Shown: positions 41,115 to 54,291 of the stretch, one piece after another | Layout: every line of letters starts with the position of its first letter | Numbering within the stretch: the stretch's first letter is position 1 | NCBI GenBank assembly: GCA_028023455.1 | Contig: JAQFVV010000006.1 | Coordinates: 16,802,001 to 16,866,000, forward strand | Length of the DNA: 64,000 bases | Direction of reading: 5' to 3' | Source: Epiperipatus broadwayi | Taxonomy: Eukaryota; Animalia; Onychophora | Translations under genes and position numbers: made by a program | The notes under the pieces: model-generated | What the model was told of the DNA's origin: nothing | The model's input: the letters and a program-made list of their open reading frames with translations, nothing else | The model's database searches: none

Positions 41115-42193
41115 ACCAAGATCTAACTGCCTATAATATGAGGAATGAGTGCATATTTAATTCAACAGCCGTATTTATTTATTTTTTAAAATTATTATCC
41201 ATCATTAAGCTAAGTTAGTTTTATTATTAGCTAGAAAAGAAGATCTCAATTGATGAGTGCCAATTTTATCTTTTCAAAGTAAGCATTGTTATTATAGCAC
41301 AATTCTGTTTGCACTAGTGATGCAAGTATCATACTTTCAGAGACTCTGAAGTTGTCACTTTTCATTGCTTAATTATTACTTCAGATGTCATATTTTTTCA
41401 AATCGTATGATAAAGAATTTTATTGCTCTCAATATTTTAGTATCTATCTGTAGTCGTTTTTCAAAAAAGCATAATTTTTAAAATCTCAGAGATACTTTTT
41501 ATTCATTTATGCTTCAGAGAATATATATAGATAATTTAATTCTAGTTCATTATGGAAATTAGAAGCAACTTATAAATACATTGTCATTTCAACTCCAGAA
41601 GGGCGGGGGGGGGGGGTAAACAGTAAAAAAAAGTTAAAAATGAATTTTGTAATGACCGTAGAAACCAAACTGCGAAATATGAATTCTATCCTTTACTCTG
41701 TTTATTTGCATCTTACAATATTGTCTTTTAACGTGTATTGCAAATTCTCTGAAATCTTCAGTATATTACTAATTGTAGCCTCCTCTTATATTTAATTTAA
41801 CACACTCAGTGAAAGTGATAAGATCTGGGTATTTTTTGTAATATATAATGAAAACTTACAATTATTCATCTGCTTTCTGGATCAACTACTGCATTGGATT
41901 GTTGAATTTGAATACAATTTATGCAGAGCCAGGAAGGTCCATTCACATTGTATTAAGGCACTTCCAATGAATACAGTTAGTATTGATTGTTTTTCATCGG
42001 AAGGATATGGTTTAATATATAATTCAAAACAGATTCACACTTGGATATAAAGATGTCGTAAAGTTGTTCAGATAGAAAAAAATTATCACCCTTAGGTAAT
42101 TTTTTTTGGCAGAAGTGGTTAAAAGCCAGCACTACAAAATGTCATATAAATTAATTACTATATGATATTTGTGTATATATTTGTGGTTCTCAG

Positions 42194-42351
42194 GTGATTT
42201 CTGAGCCATTACAAAGTTTGTCATTGATTTTTTTTTATTCATTACCTTTTTTTATTATTATTGGAACTTGAATTTTGCTGCGCTTTCACAAGTACCAATT
42301 GATGATGATGATCTACCAGATTTAATTAAAGAAGCTACCATGCAATTATAG
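42194..42351 (+). CDS. Candidate last two coding exons of a host gene (42194-42215, 42293-42351)
   Basis: 77-nt GT-AG intron; joined frame VISEPLQIPIDDDDLPDLIKEATMQL*; AATAAA at ~42400. Confidence 0.45.
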
Positions 42352-42809
42352 TACATTGTTATTAATCATTTTGCTTTCTTTTACATAGAGTTTATATAAA
42401 ATAAACACGATAAATTATAATAAAAAAAATATAATTTAAGCAGTTACATTGTAACTGGGTCAAATGTCAGTCACTAAACCCTCATGATCTGGCGATTCAG
42501 TATTTAATTTGGATAGGCTTCCTAGGATTCATGTTTTGGGAATTGCAAATAAGTAATGTCATTGAATATTGATGTGAAATGTGTCTTTTTTTTAAAAAAA
42601 AAAAAAAAAACAGCGATAAATCAACGTAGGCTTTCATTGTATTAATTTGCTGCATGTTAAAGGTAGCCATTAAAACTGTTTTAAATAATATTGAAAGGTA
42701 TTTTCTCAAATGATTTCTGTTGTAGTTGGGTAAGATAAATACATATATATATTTTTTTTTCATAAAAAAGATAATTATATTTTTTAAAAGTGTTTTTTTT
42801 TTTTTTCAG

Positions 42810-42929
42810 ATTGTAATTAAAAGCATGGAGAAAAATAATGGGAAAAACCCTGAATTACCGTTAAAAAGGTCGCAGGGTTTATGTTCTTTGCCCAAAAAGA
42901 AGCGGATAATACCCAAAAAGTCACTTAAG
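42810..42929 (+). CDS. Candidate first coding exon of a host gene (ATG at 42825)
   Basis: Donor TTGG|gtaaga at 42730, 80-nt intron, acceptor (t)n-cag, 120-nt open exon MEKNNGKNPELPLKRSQGLCSLPKKKRIIPKKSLK (basic, NLS-like), donor AAG|gtagga; locally CpG-rich. Confidence 0.55.
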
Positions 42930-45900
42930 GTAGGATCCATCTTATATTTGATTCATAGTTTTAATAAATATTGGATAAAATTCATTCTGGATTTTTAAAT
43001 TTGCATTTAAGATTATTCTAAGTGCATATATATAGGCTCACATAAAACGGAGAAAAGCAACCTCGTACTTTTTACTCTTCTATGTTTTTCCGTGTGGAAA
43101 CAGTCCCTAATCTGAAACAGCTTGTAGACATTTGTATTTATGATTTGTTTGACTGGAGCCAATTCAAATAAAAGCATTACTTGCCAGTTAATCCACTTAA
43201 TTAAGTTATTTGTTGCATTATTTTAACCCTTTTATTAATGAGATTTTAAACTAGTTTTTATGAACTAAGTTAGGTGTAATGTTAATGAAAAGGAACAACT
43301 ATTTAATTTTTTTCCTTTCTGGTATTTATTTGCATTGCTCCATTAAATAAAGACTAGATAAATTTTTTAGATTTTTATGAAAATGTTATGTTGTTTATGC
43401 AATTCCCTAGACTTTAAGGGGCTATTTCCAAATAAGGCATGTCTAGATTTATAAATTGTACAGTAAAAATGAAAGACATTTTGAATCTTTAATTTGTGGA
43501 GTTTATATAAAAATGAATTTTAATAAATAGTATATAACCAAGAGAACTAGTAAACATTTTTCTGGCTACGTTTAAAAATAAACATGGGTAAATAATTTAT
43601 TCAAGCAATGAAAGTTATTTATTCTTTTTATTTAATAGTCTTTTTTTTTCTCAAAAATTTTATTTAGACAAAACCATAATATATATATATATTGCATAAT
43701 CATTTGCTGGAAAAAGTCACGTGGCATTCAAGTACCCAATAGTGGGATGAGAACACTTTTTTTACTTCATTTTGCTAAATGCACCCCCTGATTCCAGTTC
43801 ATGTCCTGGATCAACTTCAAAGCAATAATTTCATTTCTATGACTTACTGATATTCATTAAAATTTAGTGTTTCGTTTTAACAATGACTTTCCAAATTTGT
43901 TAATGGCACTGTTATAGTATGTGCTCTTTGCTCTTTATTCATGGCAGTTTCTGCTTTTGCTTACCATGCATAGCCACCAAAGATGTATTGAAAATACTAA
44001 TTGAAAAAAATTGAGCATTTTATTGTATTTTCTTTACAAAATGAATGCAATGAAGTAAAACAACATACTTTTACAATAGTAAAATATTTGATTTTTATAA
44101 AATAATCTAGTAATAAATACATCTTGCAGGATCCAACAATGCATGATGGGAACCAGAGAAACCACAGGCCTTGGGTAGATGTAGTCTTATGTTAAACTTA
44201 AAAAGTGGCATATTGCATGTACTGAGACAGGCCATTGAGAGAGAACACATGCTTGGAGTCAGTCGTCCACTCCAATGAATGACCAGTCTGCAGTGATCTC
44301 AGTAACTGGGATATCAACATTTAACCATCAATCATTAATTACATTGTGTCGATCTAGTGATCAGAGCTCATGCATGAGTGATTGAATGTTCATGAGTTGG
44401 AACCATAGTCAAAATTCTGAAGAAGCCCTCCCCCCTCCCAAGAACCTTTAGTCTCATCTGGTTTACACATGCAGAAAAATATCTTGAAGAACAGTGGCAA
44501 AACAGACATCTTTCTAGTATTCTTCAGGACATTCACACTACTTATTGTTAGTAAACAAAAAGATTGACATACCTAATTTTGTTACTTTGTTTTAACTAAA
44601 AACAAAACATCCTTCTACTACATTAAGCTCATCATCTTATTTTTTATAGATATATTAAACAACCTCCATACTTCTCCATTCTTTTTAAATTCATATAAAT
44701 AAAGATACAATAAAAGACAATTTTTTTTTTTTTTATCCTTATAAGCCTCAACATTTTGAAAGAAAAACAAATAATATATAATCCAATTTTACTTTTATAA
44801 AAGCACATACCAATTTGAAAGAGAGAGGAAAAATATTTCTATAAAAGTAAATGTCAATGTTCAATTTATTTGTATAAAAGTAGACAACAGTGTTCAACTT
44901 ATCAATTAATATTTTAATGTCATACAAAATTAGAAATTGATTTGGCATAAAAATTGTCAAACAAAAAAATATATTAGAAGGCCTTTTGTTTAAGTGAAGC
45001 TTGAGTCAGATTTCAAACAGATTCAGGATTTTAGGTAGCTAATTTTTGCATTTGCATTCTAGCTTTAGCATTCATCAGTATATTTAGATACAAAGCTGGA
45101 ATTAATACAGTTATGTATTTAGCAATCATTTTTGACTTTTTTACTGCTCAAGACAAAAGCCTGAAATTCAAAACATCCTAAGATTTTGAATTCAAACCAA
45201 CCTGCTTGAGCATTTGTATAGATTTGACTCCACAGTAGTAACTAAATATTTTTAGAAAAAGAAAAGAAAAGCAACTTTTATAAACAGTATTAGTGTAGGA
45301 GCTACATTTGTTTTGTAAAAAGAAAATCAATGTGATTTATAGTTTTTAAGCCATTTTATTTTAAACGTAATGTTTAATCCTTGCAACTTGGAATCAAGTC
45401 TTAGCCAAGTGACCCTTGATATTTATATGGTCACAAAGGGCTTTCTTTCTTGTCAAACAATGATAGGTCAGCTATTTCATCCACGTTTATGTTAAGCACA
45501 TCATGTTTAATTAACTTTCTTAAAATAAAGCATCGAAATTTATAATTACAATAATAGTTGATAAATGGATGTTGAATTGGTTTTAGCTAAAGGATAAAGG
45601 TTTTAGTTTGGTTTGGATTAATTACACAAAATCAGTGCTCTGACTATAATTGTATCCTAAGTTAATTTTATTTTTATATACTATATACGTATTGACTTTA
45701 AGCTCATGTAATCCTAGTTCCAACTTTATTTTTATATGTTATGTATAAATTATGCAATAATAATTTTGTGCACTAACATAATAGTTTGAAAATCACCATA
45801 CTGACAGTTTTATTGTAAAATCAGGAATGGAATTTAAAAAATATGGATTGTATTCATATTTAATTGATATGAAATGCATAAAAACATAATTTAGTTATCC

Positions 45901-46944
45901 TTTAAAGTTTTCCAAATTTTTGTTAATTAAAAACATAAATAGAAAAATATTGATTTAGACTAATTACTTATCTGACACTATGATTCCCCCCTCATTTGTT
46001 GTTGAAAAGAACACTCTAAATTGAAAATGCATTTAAAAATTGAAGTAGCAAATATTTTTTTGAAAATTTGGCTCTACGTGAGAAGCATAAATTTATAGGA
46101 GTGTGTTAAGATATCATGTGTACATTGTAAAAAGGTTTAAAAATGTCAACAGCAAAATAGCCTTGTCTTATTTAATTGTGGAGAAAATAGGGGTCCATTG
46201 ATATTCCAATGTAAATTATTCAGTAACATATATTGTGATATACTTGCATATGTATGAGCATTTTTATTTTTATACAATTAATCAAATTTTAATTAATTAA
46301 AAACCAGTTTTAAAATGCAGTATGTTTAAATCTAGAATTATATTGAGTTTACAGTAATCTTAAGATTTCTGAGTGAGGCAAAAAACAAACCTAAATAATC
46401 TGCCTGATCACTTGAGAGGCCACCCTTTAAGTTGAGATCACAGTTGAGTTCATGAATCAAATGAAATCATTTATACTAAATGATAGTTGGATAGATTAAT
46501 TTTTCTACGGGGAGTTGTTCAGATTAGAAATAGATTAAGAATTTTTAGTATGTACTTATCATAAAAGAAATGTTTATACAGAACAATAAAGGAACTCCAC
46601 ACACACACACACACACACACACAAATAAACTTATAAAAATATACTTTATGTAAGTTTCTGTGCTGGTAATTGAAAAAACAAACAAAGAAAAAACAGTATG
46701 TAAACAACTAACAATTATTATAAATCAACAACAATTTAAAACTGTATTGCCATAACTTAGCAAAAAAAAAAAAAAAAGATTAATAAGAAAAAATGGTAGG
46801 AAATTAATTTTTTTAATGAAGTTATCATTTTCTTACACTGTTGTTTATTGCTTTCTTACTTTGTTGTTTAAATTAAAATCAGGCCAATTATCACAAAAGT
46901 GTTTTCAGAATACAATTCTGCTTAAATAATTCACAAACAATTCT

Positions 46945-48140
46945 TATATTTAAATACATGTATATTGTTTATACTAAATTTAATGTAATTAGACAGGACT
47001 TGAACTCGGACTTTCAACTCCTTATAGCTATCTACTTAATTTTATACAACTAATACACATGACCACATACATGTGAAAAAGATAAATGATGTCCATGATT
47101 GCTATTTCATGCTGAACCAGCTCTCATCAGTTGGTCTAGATCACCATCTCCCCCCACATATATTCAATTAGTACTCATTTTTATATTAAGATACCAAATC
47201 GTCAAACCTTAATGGACAAGCATCAGTTTTTTCTATCCTACAACTCTTCATCCATCCATATCGTTGAAAATCTGAGGATGAAATGCTCAAAGCCTTGTTG
47301 ATGCCAATATTATTATCATACTCATGTTGACTTTGTCACTCTGACCCCTCACATACATATAGAATCCTAATATGTCCATTTAAATACATGGAGGGATGGA
47401 TAGAATACTGACTGTAATATTTAAATACATGTATATTGTCATACTACATTTAATGGAATTAGACAGGACTTAAAGTCAGATTTTCAAACTCTCTACAGCT
47501 ATCCACTACATCTTTTATAACTGATAGACATGAACACATACATGTCAAAAAGATAAACGATATATACTGATTATATATACATGTGTGGGAGATAGTGTCT
47601 GAACCTGCTACAGCATGAAATATATGTATATCATTTATCTTTTTCACATATTTGTTGTCATGGGTCTTGGTTGTATAAGATGTAGTGGATAGCTGTAGAG
47701 AGCGTGAATGTCTTGAGTTCAAGTTCTGTCTAATTACATTTAGTATAGACAATATGCACATATTTAAATATTACATATTTAGCATGTTTTCTGACCATCC
47801 CTCTTCTATGTATTTAAATGGACATATTAAGATCCTGTATGGGAGAGGGTCAGAGTGACTTAGAGTCAACATGGGTATGACAATAATATTGGCATCAACA
47901 AGGGTGTAGAACATTAAAGCTTGTCCATTAAGGTTTGAATATTTGCTATTTTAATATGAACTGAGCACTGATTGTATACATGTGTGGAAGAAGGCGATCT
48001 GGAACAAATGATGAATGCTGGTTCAGCATGAAGTACGTATGTTGAAGATCAGTTATGTTTTTCACATGGGTATCGGTTGTGTAAGATGTAGTGGATAACT
48101 GGAGAGAGAGCTTGAAAGTGTCAGATCTTTTCTAATTCAA
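46945..48140. mobile_element. Family-C HHR repeat cluster: ~1.3 monomers minus-sense joined head-to-head to ~1.3 monomers plus-sense
   Basis: Period 471 bp (TTTAAATACATG at 46949 and 47420). Orientation switch at ~47580. HHR motifs at 47095-47135 (-, core intact) and 48003-48045 (+, degenerate). No TSD found. Confidence 0.8.
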
Positions 48141-49912
48141 TGAAATTAAGCTGCAGTGATTTATTAAAGTTTTGAGGTTTAATTATCATTTTACTATTGT
48201 AATTAATACTTTCTTGGCAAATTTCATTTTAGTTGGAATACATTTTTGATCTTAATTATCTCAGAAGCTGCCATTTGAATTGTCTGTATGCTAATAATTC
48301 TATTGCAGTTTTGCACTAAATACTTCTGCCTGATCTGTAAATTATATAGTTTAATTTTTGATTTTATTAATAGCAGGAGTTATTAATAAAGTATAAATAT
48401 TTATAAATCAAAGGTTAAATTTGAGAACCAAATTTTCAAAAAATGGTAGCACTTGTTTAGAACTTCTTTGTTGGACAGAAATGATTATATAGTTTTAGTG
48501 TTCAGGTTGTTTTCTACAAATGCTTTTATCTAATAAATACAAAGTATATTTATTTTTACAGTTGCACGATGCTTTGAGATTGATTTAAATTTAAGTTTAT
48601 GGGAATGAAGGAAAAAACAATATTATTACCATTAACAAATTAATTTTTAACTTTGACATTTTTTCATTTGTTTTTATTTATGTTGAAGAATAAATTTAAT
48701 AAAAAAGAAAAAAGGGTAAGAGCCATTTGAATAAGAGCAAACGGAAGGCTGCCTATGTGAAAATTAAATTTTGTCAATTTAACTTTATTTTAATTTTGTA
48801 ATTAAATCTTATAAAAAAAGGTATGACAAATTAAAACAATCAGAATGATTAAACAAAATTAAATCAAGCTAAAACTATTTTTAATTTTTATATGAGTAGC
48901 CTTCCATTTGAATAGAGTTTATAACAAAATTAAATTATTTTCTATCATAATTATTACGTAAAATATTTTTAAAATTATTAAAATAATGAAATTATATTGG
49001 GAGGAGGGATGTTTGAGATTTCAGTAATATTATGAGAAAATTAGCCCAGTTTTACCATATGAGATTTTTTTTTTCAATAATTATAAAAATAAAAATATAT
49101 TTTATATTTATTAATAAAATTAATATTTGAAATAAATGAATATATATTTCAAATAAAAAAAAATAAACTTTCAAATTAAATAAAATTTATCATTCATTTT
49201 GACTAAAAAAAAAAAGTGAAATATTCCTATTGTATTGTGAAATGAGTAACTGAGATTAGATTTATTCTTATTATACCTGCCACCTAGGAATAAAAAATAA
49301 AACTAAGTTATGTATTCATTATTGTTAAAGTACCATTGAATGATGCAAAACCATATTGAATGAGTAATTAATTCAAAACAATGCAGGTACGACTCCAGTT
49401 CAAGACTGAAAAGGACATGGATGAGATTAGAAGGCAAATTTGATGTATGTTGAATGAAGTTTTGAAAAATTACTAATTAATTAAAATGTGTTTTCATGGA
49501 AAGCTGAATAAACATTGCAACTTTTTGATCATCATTTTGATTTATAATCACATTTTTGGAAGTGATTACCTTTATGGGAGGGGGGTATCTAACATAAAAC
49601 AAAAACAATCTTCACTTTATTATAAAAAGCTTGAATGGTCGCAAAAATTGTGAATAAAAATTAATCATAAAATTTATTTTCATTTTTGTTTATTTGTAAT
49701 TTGTTGTTTGGTTATTTATTAACATATTAGATTTATTGTATAAGCTAGTAATTTAAATTTAAATTAATGATTATAGTATTCTATCGCTGGTACAATTTAA
49801 TAGTTCATTAATGTTTTGGCAGATTATTAACACTGAGATACTATGATAAATTATGCTAAAAGTATTATTAACTATTTGATCAGTAGAGTTATTATTTGGC
49901 CATAGTATCTAG

Positions 49913-50122
49913 TACTTAGTTAGTTTCAATTGCATTCCAGTAGAAAACATGTGTTCAGCAATTTATTCCCATCGATACAATCAAACTGTTCCTAAAATCA
50001 TTTATGTTACACAAAATGACAATAACATTAAGGGTTATGAAAAAATGGTGCCAGGAAATCATGAATATATAGAAAAGTTCACAAATGTTAATCATTTAGC
50101 AAAACACATAGAATATACGTGA
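49913..50122 (+). CDS. Stop-free 69-codon frame, candidate exon (acceptor at 49940 or 49943), product unrecognised
   Basis: ENMCSAIYSHRYNQTVPKIIYVTQNDNNIKGYEKMVPGNHEYIEKFTNVNHLAKHIEYT*. Long for this AT content; only a vague resemblance to a GT10 fucosyltransferase C-terminus. Confidence 0.3.
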   Translation, partial: YLVSFNCIPVENMCSAIYSHRYNQTVPKIIYVTQNDNNIKGYEKMVPGNHEYIEKFTNVNHLAKHIEYT

Positions 50123-50535
50123 TAAACTGAAGCAGATATAAAATAAGTTGTTACTTAATGGTGCTATATTAAGTGGGCACCAAGTTATGTTTTAAAAAAT
50201 CAAAATATGAAAATTGATAGCAGTTTAAAATATACCTATGAGATATATTTGTTTATATCAAAACATATTGAAAAGTAAAAGAAGCAACCACTAATATCAT
50301 CCGGCTTATACTTAACTTTCAGTGTGTGACGAAAACCGTTAAATCGTAGTATGTTAATGACACTAAAAATGACATTTGGCATTTCTATTTTCTAAATAAC
50401 AATTACGCTCGGATATTACTATTACAAAGAAATCAAGTCATATGTCACATGACCTAATTTAACAAGCTTGTATTATAAATGTTATATATAGAGCTTGCAA
50501 ATAAGGTCTTAACAAGCTTTGCAGAATATCCCCAA

Positions 50536-50575
50536 CCCCAGACCAGTTTCTGCTACTGGCTTCCTCAGTGTGAGG
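50536..50575 (-). ncRNA. Family-A-related hammerhead motif (divergent subfamily, isolated)
   Basis: Reverse complement: CTCACA-CTGAGGA-A-GC[CAGTA]GC-A-GAAAC-TG-GTC-TGGGG; keeps the A...A flanking stem II. Confidence 0.6.
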
Positions 50576-51436
50576 TGCTACTTGTGTGTTGTTTTTTAAA
50601 TACTTATAATTAGTCAAAATCCTTAAAATACTCATTTTGTATGGTTTGTGTGTGGCTTCATTATATTCATTTTTTATTTTTTCCATTATTATTGTAACAC
50701 CTATAATTAATTTGGATTACATAATAGACCTCAAGTTTTCAAAAAAATAGTATTATAATTAACTAATATGATTTTAAAAAAAATTTATAATAAAGCTTTA
50801 TGAGTATTTATTATTGCTTATTATGCCCTGTCTGGTCTAGTGCAGGGATGAAGAAACCCACTCTGTTCAAGGTTCATGGATTGCAACCCAGATATTTTTA
50901 CTTCTGCCACTTAAACTTCTTATGAATTCCCAAACAACAAAACTATTAGATTATTTTATTTATTTAATGCTTACTATTTGAATAAAGGACTATTATTATC
51001 TATATAATTTTATAATTTATTATTGTTTATATATGTTAGCAATGGTGCTACATGTATGCATGCATATTGTGAAGTTCTCATTTGCCCAAAATAATTTTCA
51101 AATTTTATTCAGGTTCAAATCTATGTCACCAATAAAGCAGGCAGCCATGCTGGCCACTACATGACAAAGTCTTTCACTTTCAATTGCATAATTTAAATAT
51201 TTATTATTTAATAATAAACTATTTTTTTATATTTATATAAATATAAGATATGTCTAGTATAATATTTTATAATCCTTTCTGTTTAAATTACATACGACCT
51301 CTACTCTAGTAAATAAAATTGAATATTATATACTTTCTAATAGTTCGTAATATTAATATGTAAATTGAAAATTTTTGCCAATGTTAATATATAGAAAGAA
51401 ATTAATGGATGTAAAGTGAATAAAGTAACATCTTCA

Positions 51437-51665
51437 TGCTTTCAAACTAAGATGTTTTAGATTGGCCTTTATAATTAAATTGAGGTAGCTCTTATCTTTT
51501 CAAAAGTCTATCTTGTGCTTTGGTTTGAGAGTATTCACACTCTCAAACTAAGATGCTTTAGATTGGCCTATATAATTAAATTGACGTATAAAAGATAAGA
51601 CAGCCACTCTTATCTTTTCAAAAGTATCTATCTTGTACTTTGGTTTGAGAGTATTCTCAATACTC
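51437..51665. repeat. Imperfect tandem duplication (~105-125-bp units)
   Basis: TCAAACTAAGATG.TTTAGATTGGCCT.TATAATTAAATTGA...CTCTTATCTTTTCAAAAGT...TTTGGTTTGAGAGTATTC occurs twice; the unit junction forms the hairpin TTGGTTTGAGAGT/ACTCTCAAACTAA. Confidence 0.8.
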
Positions 51666-51936
51666 AACAAGACATTGTTAAGCTATTATAACAACATTAC
51701 AGCGCATATGCTTAGGATGTAAATCCCTTCTGCTTAAATGATTTCTTTTGCTATATAATATTTTATGAAATTAATACATGTATTGTATATATAATATACA
51801 AATGAATTTAGGCCATTAGGTTTGTCTTTTTTCCCTATTTGCTACAGAAACTCATCTTGATTCATATTTTATTAATAAATAAATATTAAGTAATATATTA
51901 ATATATCATTTTTTTGCAATAGCTTATTTATATATG

Positions 51937-52443
51937 CCAATAAACATCATATGACCACCGCCTTATGCGTGTGTATAACCTTAGGCCTTGGCCTGTTTTA
52001 ACAACAGTTATACACAAGCATGTGATATTTATTGGCTTAAAACCAATCCTGCCTAATAGGATAGTGGTGGCTATGGTTATTAAAGAACCAAAGACACCAA
52101 AATGTATGGGTACTGAAATGGGTTCAGATCCATATGACTATATAAGCTAATGGGCTTGGATTGAAAACATTAAGATGTTTAATGTTGTCAGTTTAAGACT
52201 CATAGTTTTGTAGTTAAAGGGAGATAAAAGGTGGTTGCCGGAGGGTTGCATTAGATCCTAAGATCTAGATGGAGTGCTCTCAGATCCAAGGCTCCTCACT
52301 GATGAAGGCCACAAGCCAGAAACTAGTCTGGGGATATTGGATGAGTAGGCACTAGATGGGGATTTTATGCACTAGCCTTCTGGCATCCATTGATTACTTT
52401 AGCTTGCTGTGTGTGGCAATACGTATAGTGAGTTTTGCCTGTT
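51937..52443 (+). mobile_element. Family-A HHR retroelement insertion with short fold-back and 14-bp TSD
   Basis: TSD CTTATTTATATATG (51923-51936, 52444-52457). Inverted piece 51937-51980 turning at AGGCC-TT-GGCCT. One monomer with small terminal redundancy. Confidence 0.9.
52294..52333 (+). ncRNA. Type I hammerhead ribozyme, family A
   Basis: CCTCA-CTGATGA-A-GGC[CACAA]GCC-A-GAAAC-TA-GTC-TGGGG, identical to 31672-31711. Confidence 0.8.
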
Positions 52444-52733
52444 CTTATTTATATATGTACTAATGTTAATAAATTTTGATTTTATTATTTAATTTGCTCT
52501 GGAGCATGTAGCATTTAGTTTTTTAGTTTCAAATTATTTTATCTTCAATGACTTAAAAGTTGAGTGTTGATGTAAAACTTTCTCAAATATAATTTATACA
52601 GTTGTGAAGGGTCACAGCAGATTTTTTAGAAGTCTAACTCATATCTTTTGATAGAGGTTAGGAATAATTTTTTGAAAGTTAAATTATTCTTTTTTAATAA
52701 AATGAAACTGAAGATGCTAATTTTATGAAAGAC

Positions 52734-52845
52734 GTCTTGCATTGGTGGTCGAGAGGTCAGCGCGACTGCCTTGCACTTGCAGCCAGTTGCCCGGGTTGCG
52801 GGTTCGCGTCCCGGCCGATGCTATGACAGTTAAAAAAAAATTTTT
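52734..52845 (+). mobile_element. Very short tRNA-derived SINE, young copy
   Basis: Near-identical to 8245-8349; 13-bp TSD TTTTATGAAAGAC (52721-52733, 52846-52858). Confidence 0.9.
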
Positions 52846-53059
52846 TTTTATGAAAGACTCATTGTCTTTTAGTTTTAACTATTTGTTCCTATCTTTTTTT
52901 AATTATAATTCATCTTTATTACTGTTGACTTGGTTGTATTTGCATATACTTTAATTGGTTATTACAATTATTTTTAAATTGTATGTATAAGAAGTAATAA
53001 AATAATCATTGATAGGATTGGATGCAGAGTTTTATATTTATATATATACACACACACGC

Positions 53060-53750
53060 TTCCTGAAGCTTTGAAGCATTGTTTACAAAACAACCTCATT
53101 ATCTGCAAAATCTAGATAATTTAAATAATCTCCATTTACTTTTATTCTCTGAACTTCCCATTTTAATCAGCAAAATATTTCTTGAAAAACTGCTATAACT
53201 AAAGATAATTGCTAAAAAGATTAATGTTTAATGGATTTTCGCATGAGTAGAAAATAAGATTGATAATGATAAATTAAAAGATGCTAATAAATACAAATAT
53301 TATCGTCAAATTAATGGATGGAATTAATTATAGAATTAAATTTGGATGAAGTGCTTTTTGTAGAAATTAACTAATACTGAAAGGAATTATGCCTGTGTTT
53401 AAAAAGAAAGATTTTGAGACTTTAGACTACTCACCAAAGTATGGAGAGTTGTATGGAATAAAAAAAGGGATTGAAAATAAATGATTGAGGGAACAAATAG
53501 ATATTACCGACATCACTGAAAGAATGAAGAGACTGAACAGAGCTCTGTTGGACTATTGCTAGAAGAGACAATAGTAGATGAATTTACTGGATTCCAAGAG
53601 ATTGTAAAAAAAAAAACGGAATGAAAAAATGAAGTTTTTTTACTGTGATGTGGAAAAGAGAATGATTGGAAGTCAAATAAATTGGATTATATTCGAAGAG
53701 ACCATTCTGCAGTAGATCGATGATGGTTGAAAATGATGACGATGATTTAC
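53060..53750. mobile_element. Degraded RTE fragments (minus 53060-53200; plus 3' end ~53350-53750)
   Basis: Similar to 6400-7900 and 12250-13455; GATGACGATGAT tail remnant at ~53740. Confidence 0.6.
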
Positions 53751-54291
53751 ACATATATTTATGTAAATATGAAGATTTTATACACAGTTATTTGTATAAA
53801 AATATAATTTATGTAGTTGATAACCAATTAAATCATAAGAAATTCCATTGTATCAGAGTCACAATGTAAGTAAATAACAGCTTGTTTGTATTACTCCTTT
53901 GTTCACATGTACTTTCAAATTTATTTTTTGATCATGAATACCAGAGAAAACTGTTTATCAAACTATTAGAAAGCGCGACATTTAAGATGAATGGAATAGA
54001 AAAATAATTATTTTTTCTTCCAAATTCATAATAAGTGATAAAATAATTTTCATTTTATTTTCATAAATTTTCAAATACTTTTAGTACTCATCAAATTTCA
54101 TCAATGGAGAATGTAATTATTGATTTTATTTTTTTGTGGAAACTAACTTTAGTTCCAGATGAATATTACTTTTAACGTAACATTATTTAATCCACATTAA
54201 ATCCACATTAACTGTTTTGTTTAGCTTAATCAACATGCCCCCCCCCCCCGAGTAATAATTTTTATATATAAAATGTAAATAAAATAGTGAA

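Noticed and set aside
44128-44400. GC-richer block with several short open frames (including a WD40-like SLEWTTDSKH on the minus strand)
   Set aside because: Frames on both strands are equally plausible; no consistent splice model.
51965-52150. 61-aa ORF in the family-A monomer (similar ~41-codon frame at ~28427-28555)
   Set aside because: Interrupted by a stop in the 31.9-kb copy; the similarity is explained by repeat identity; no recognisable domain.
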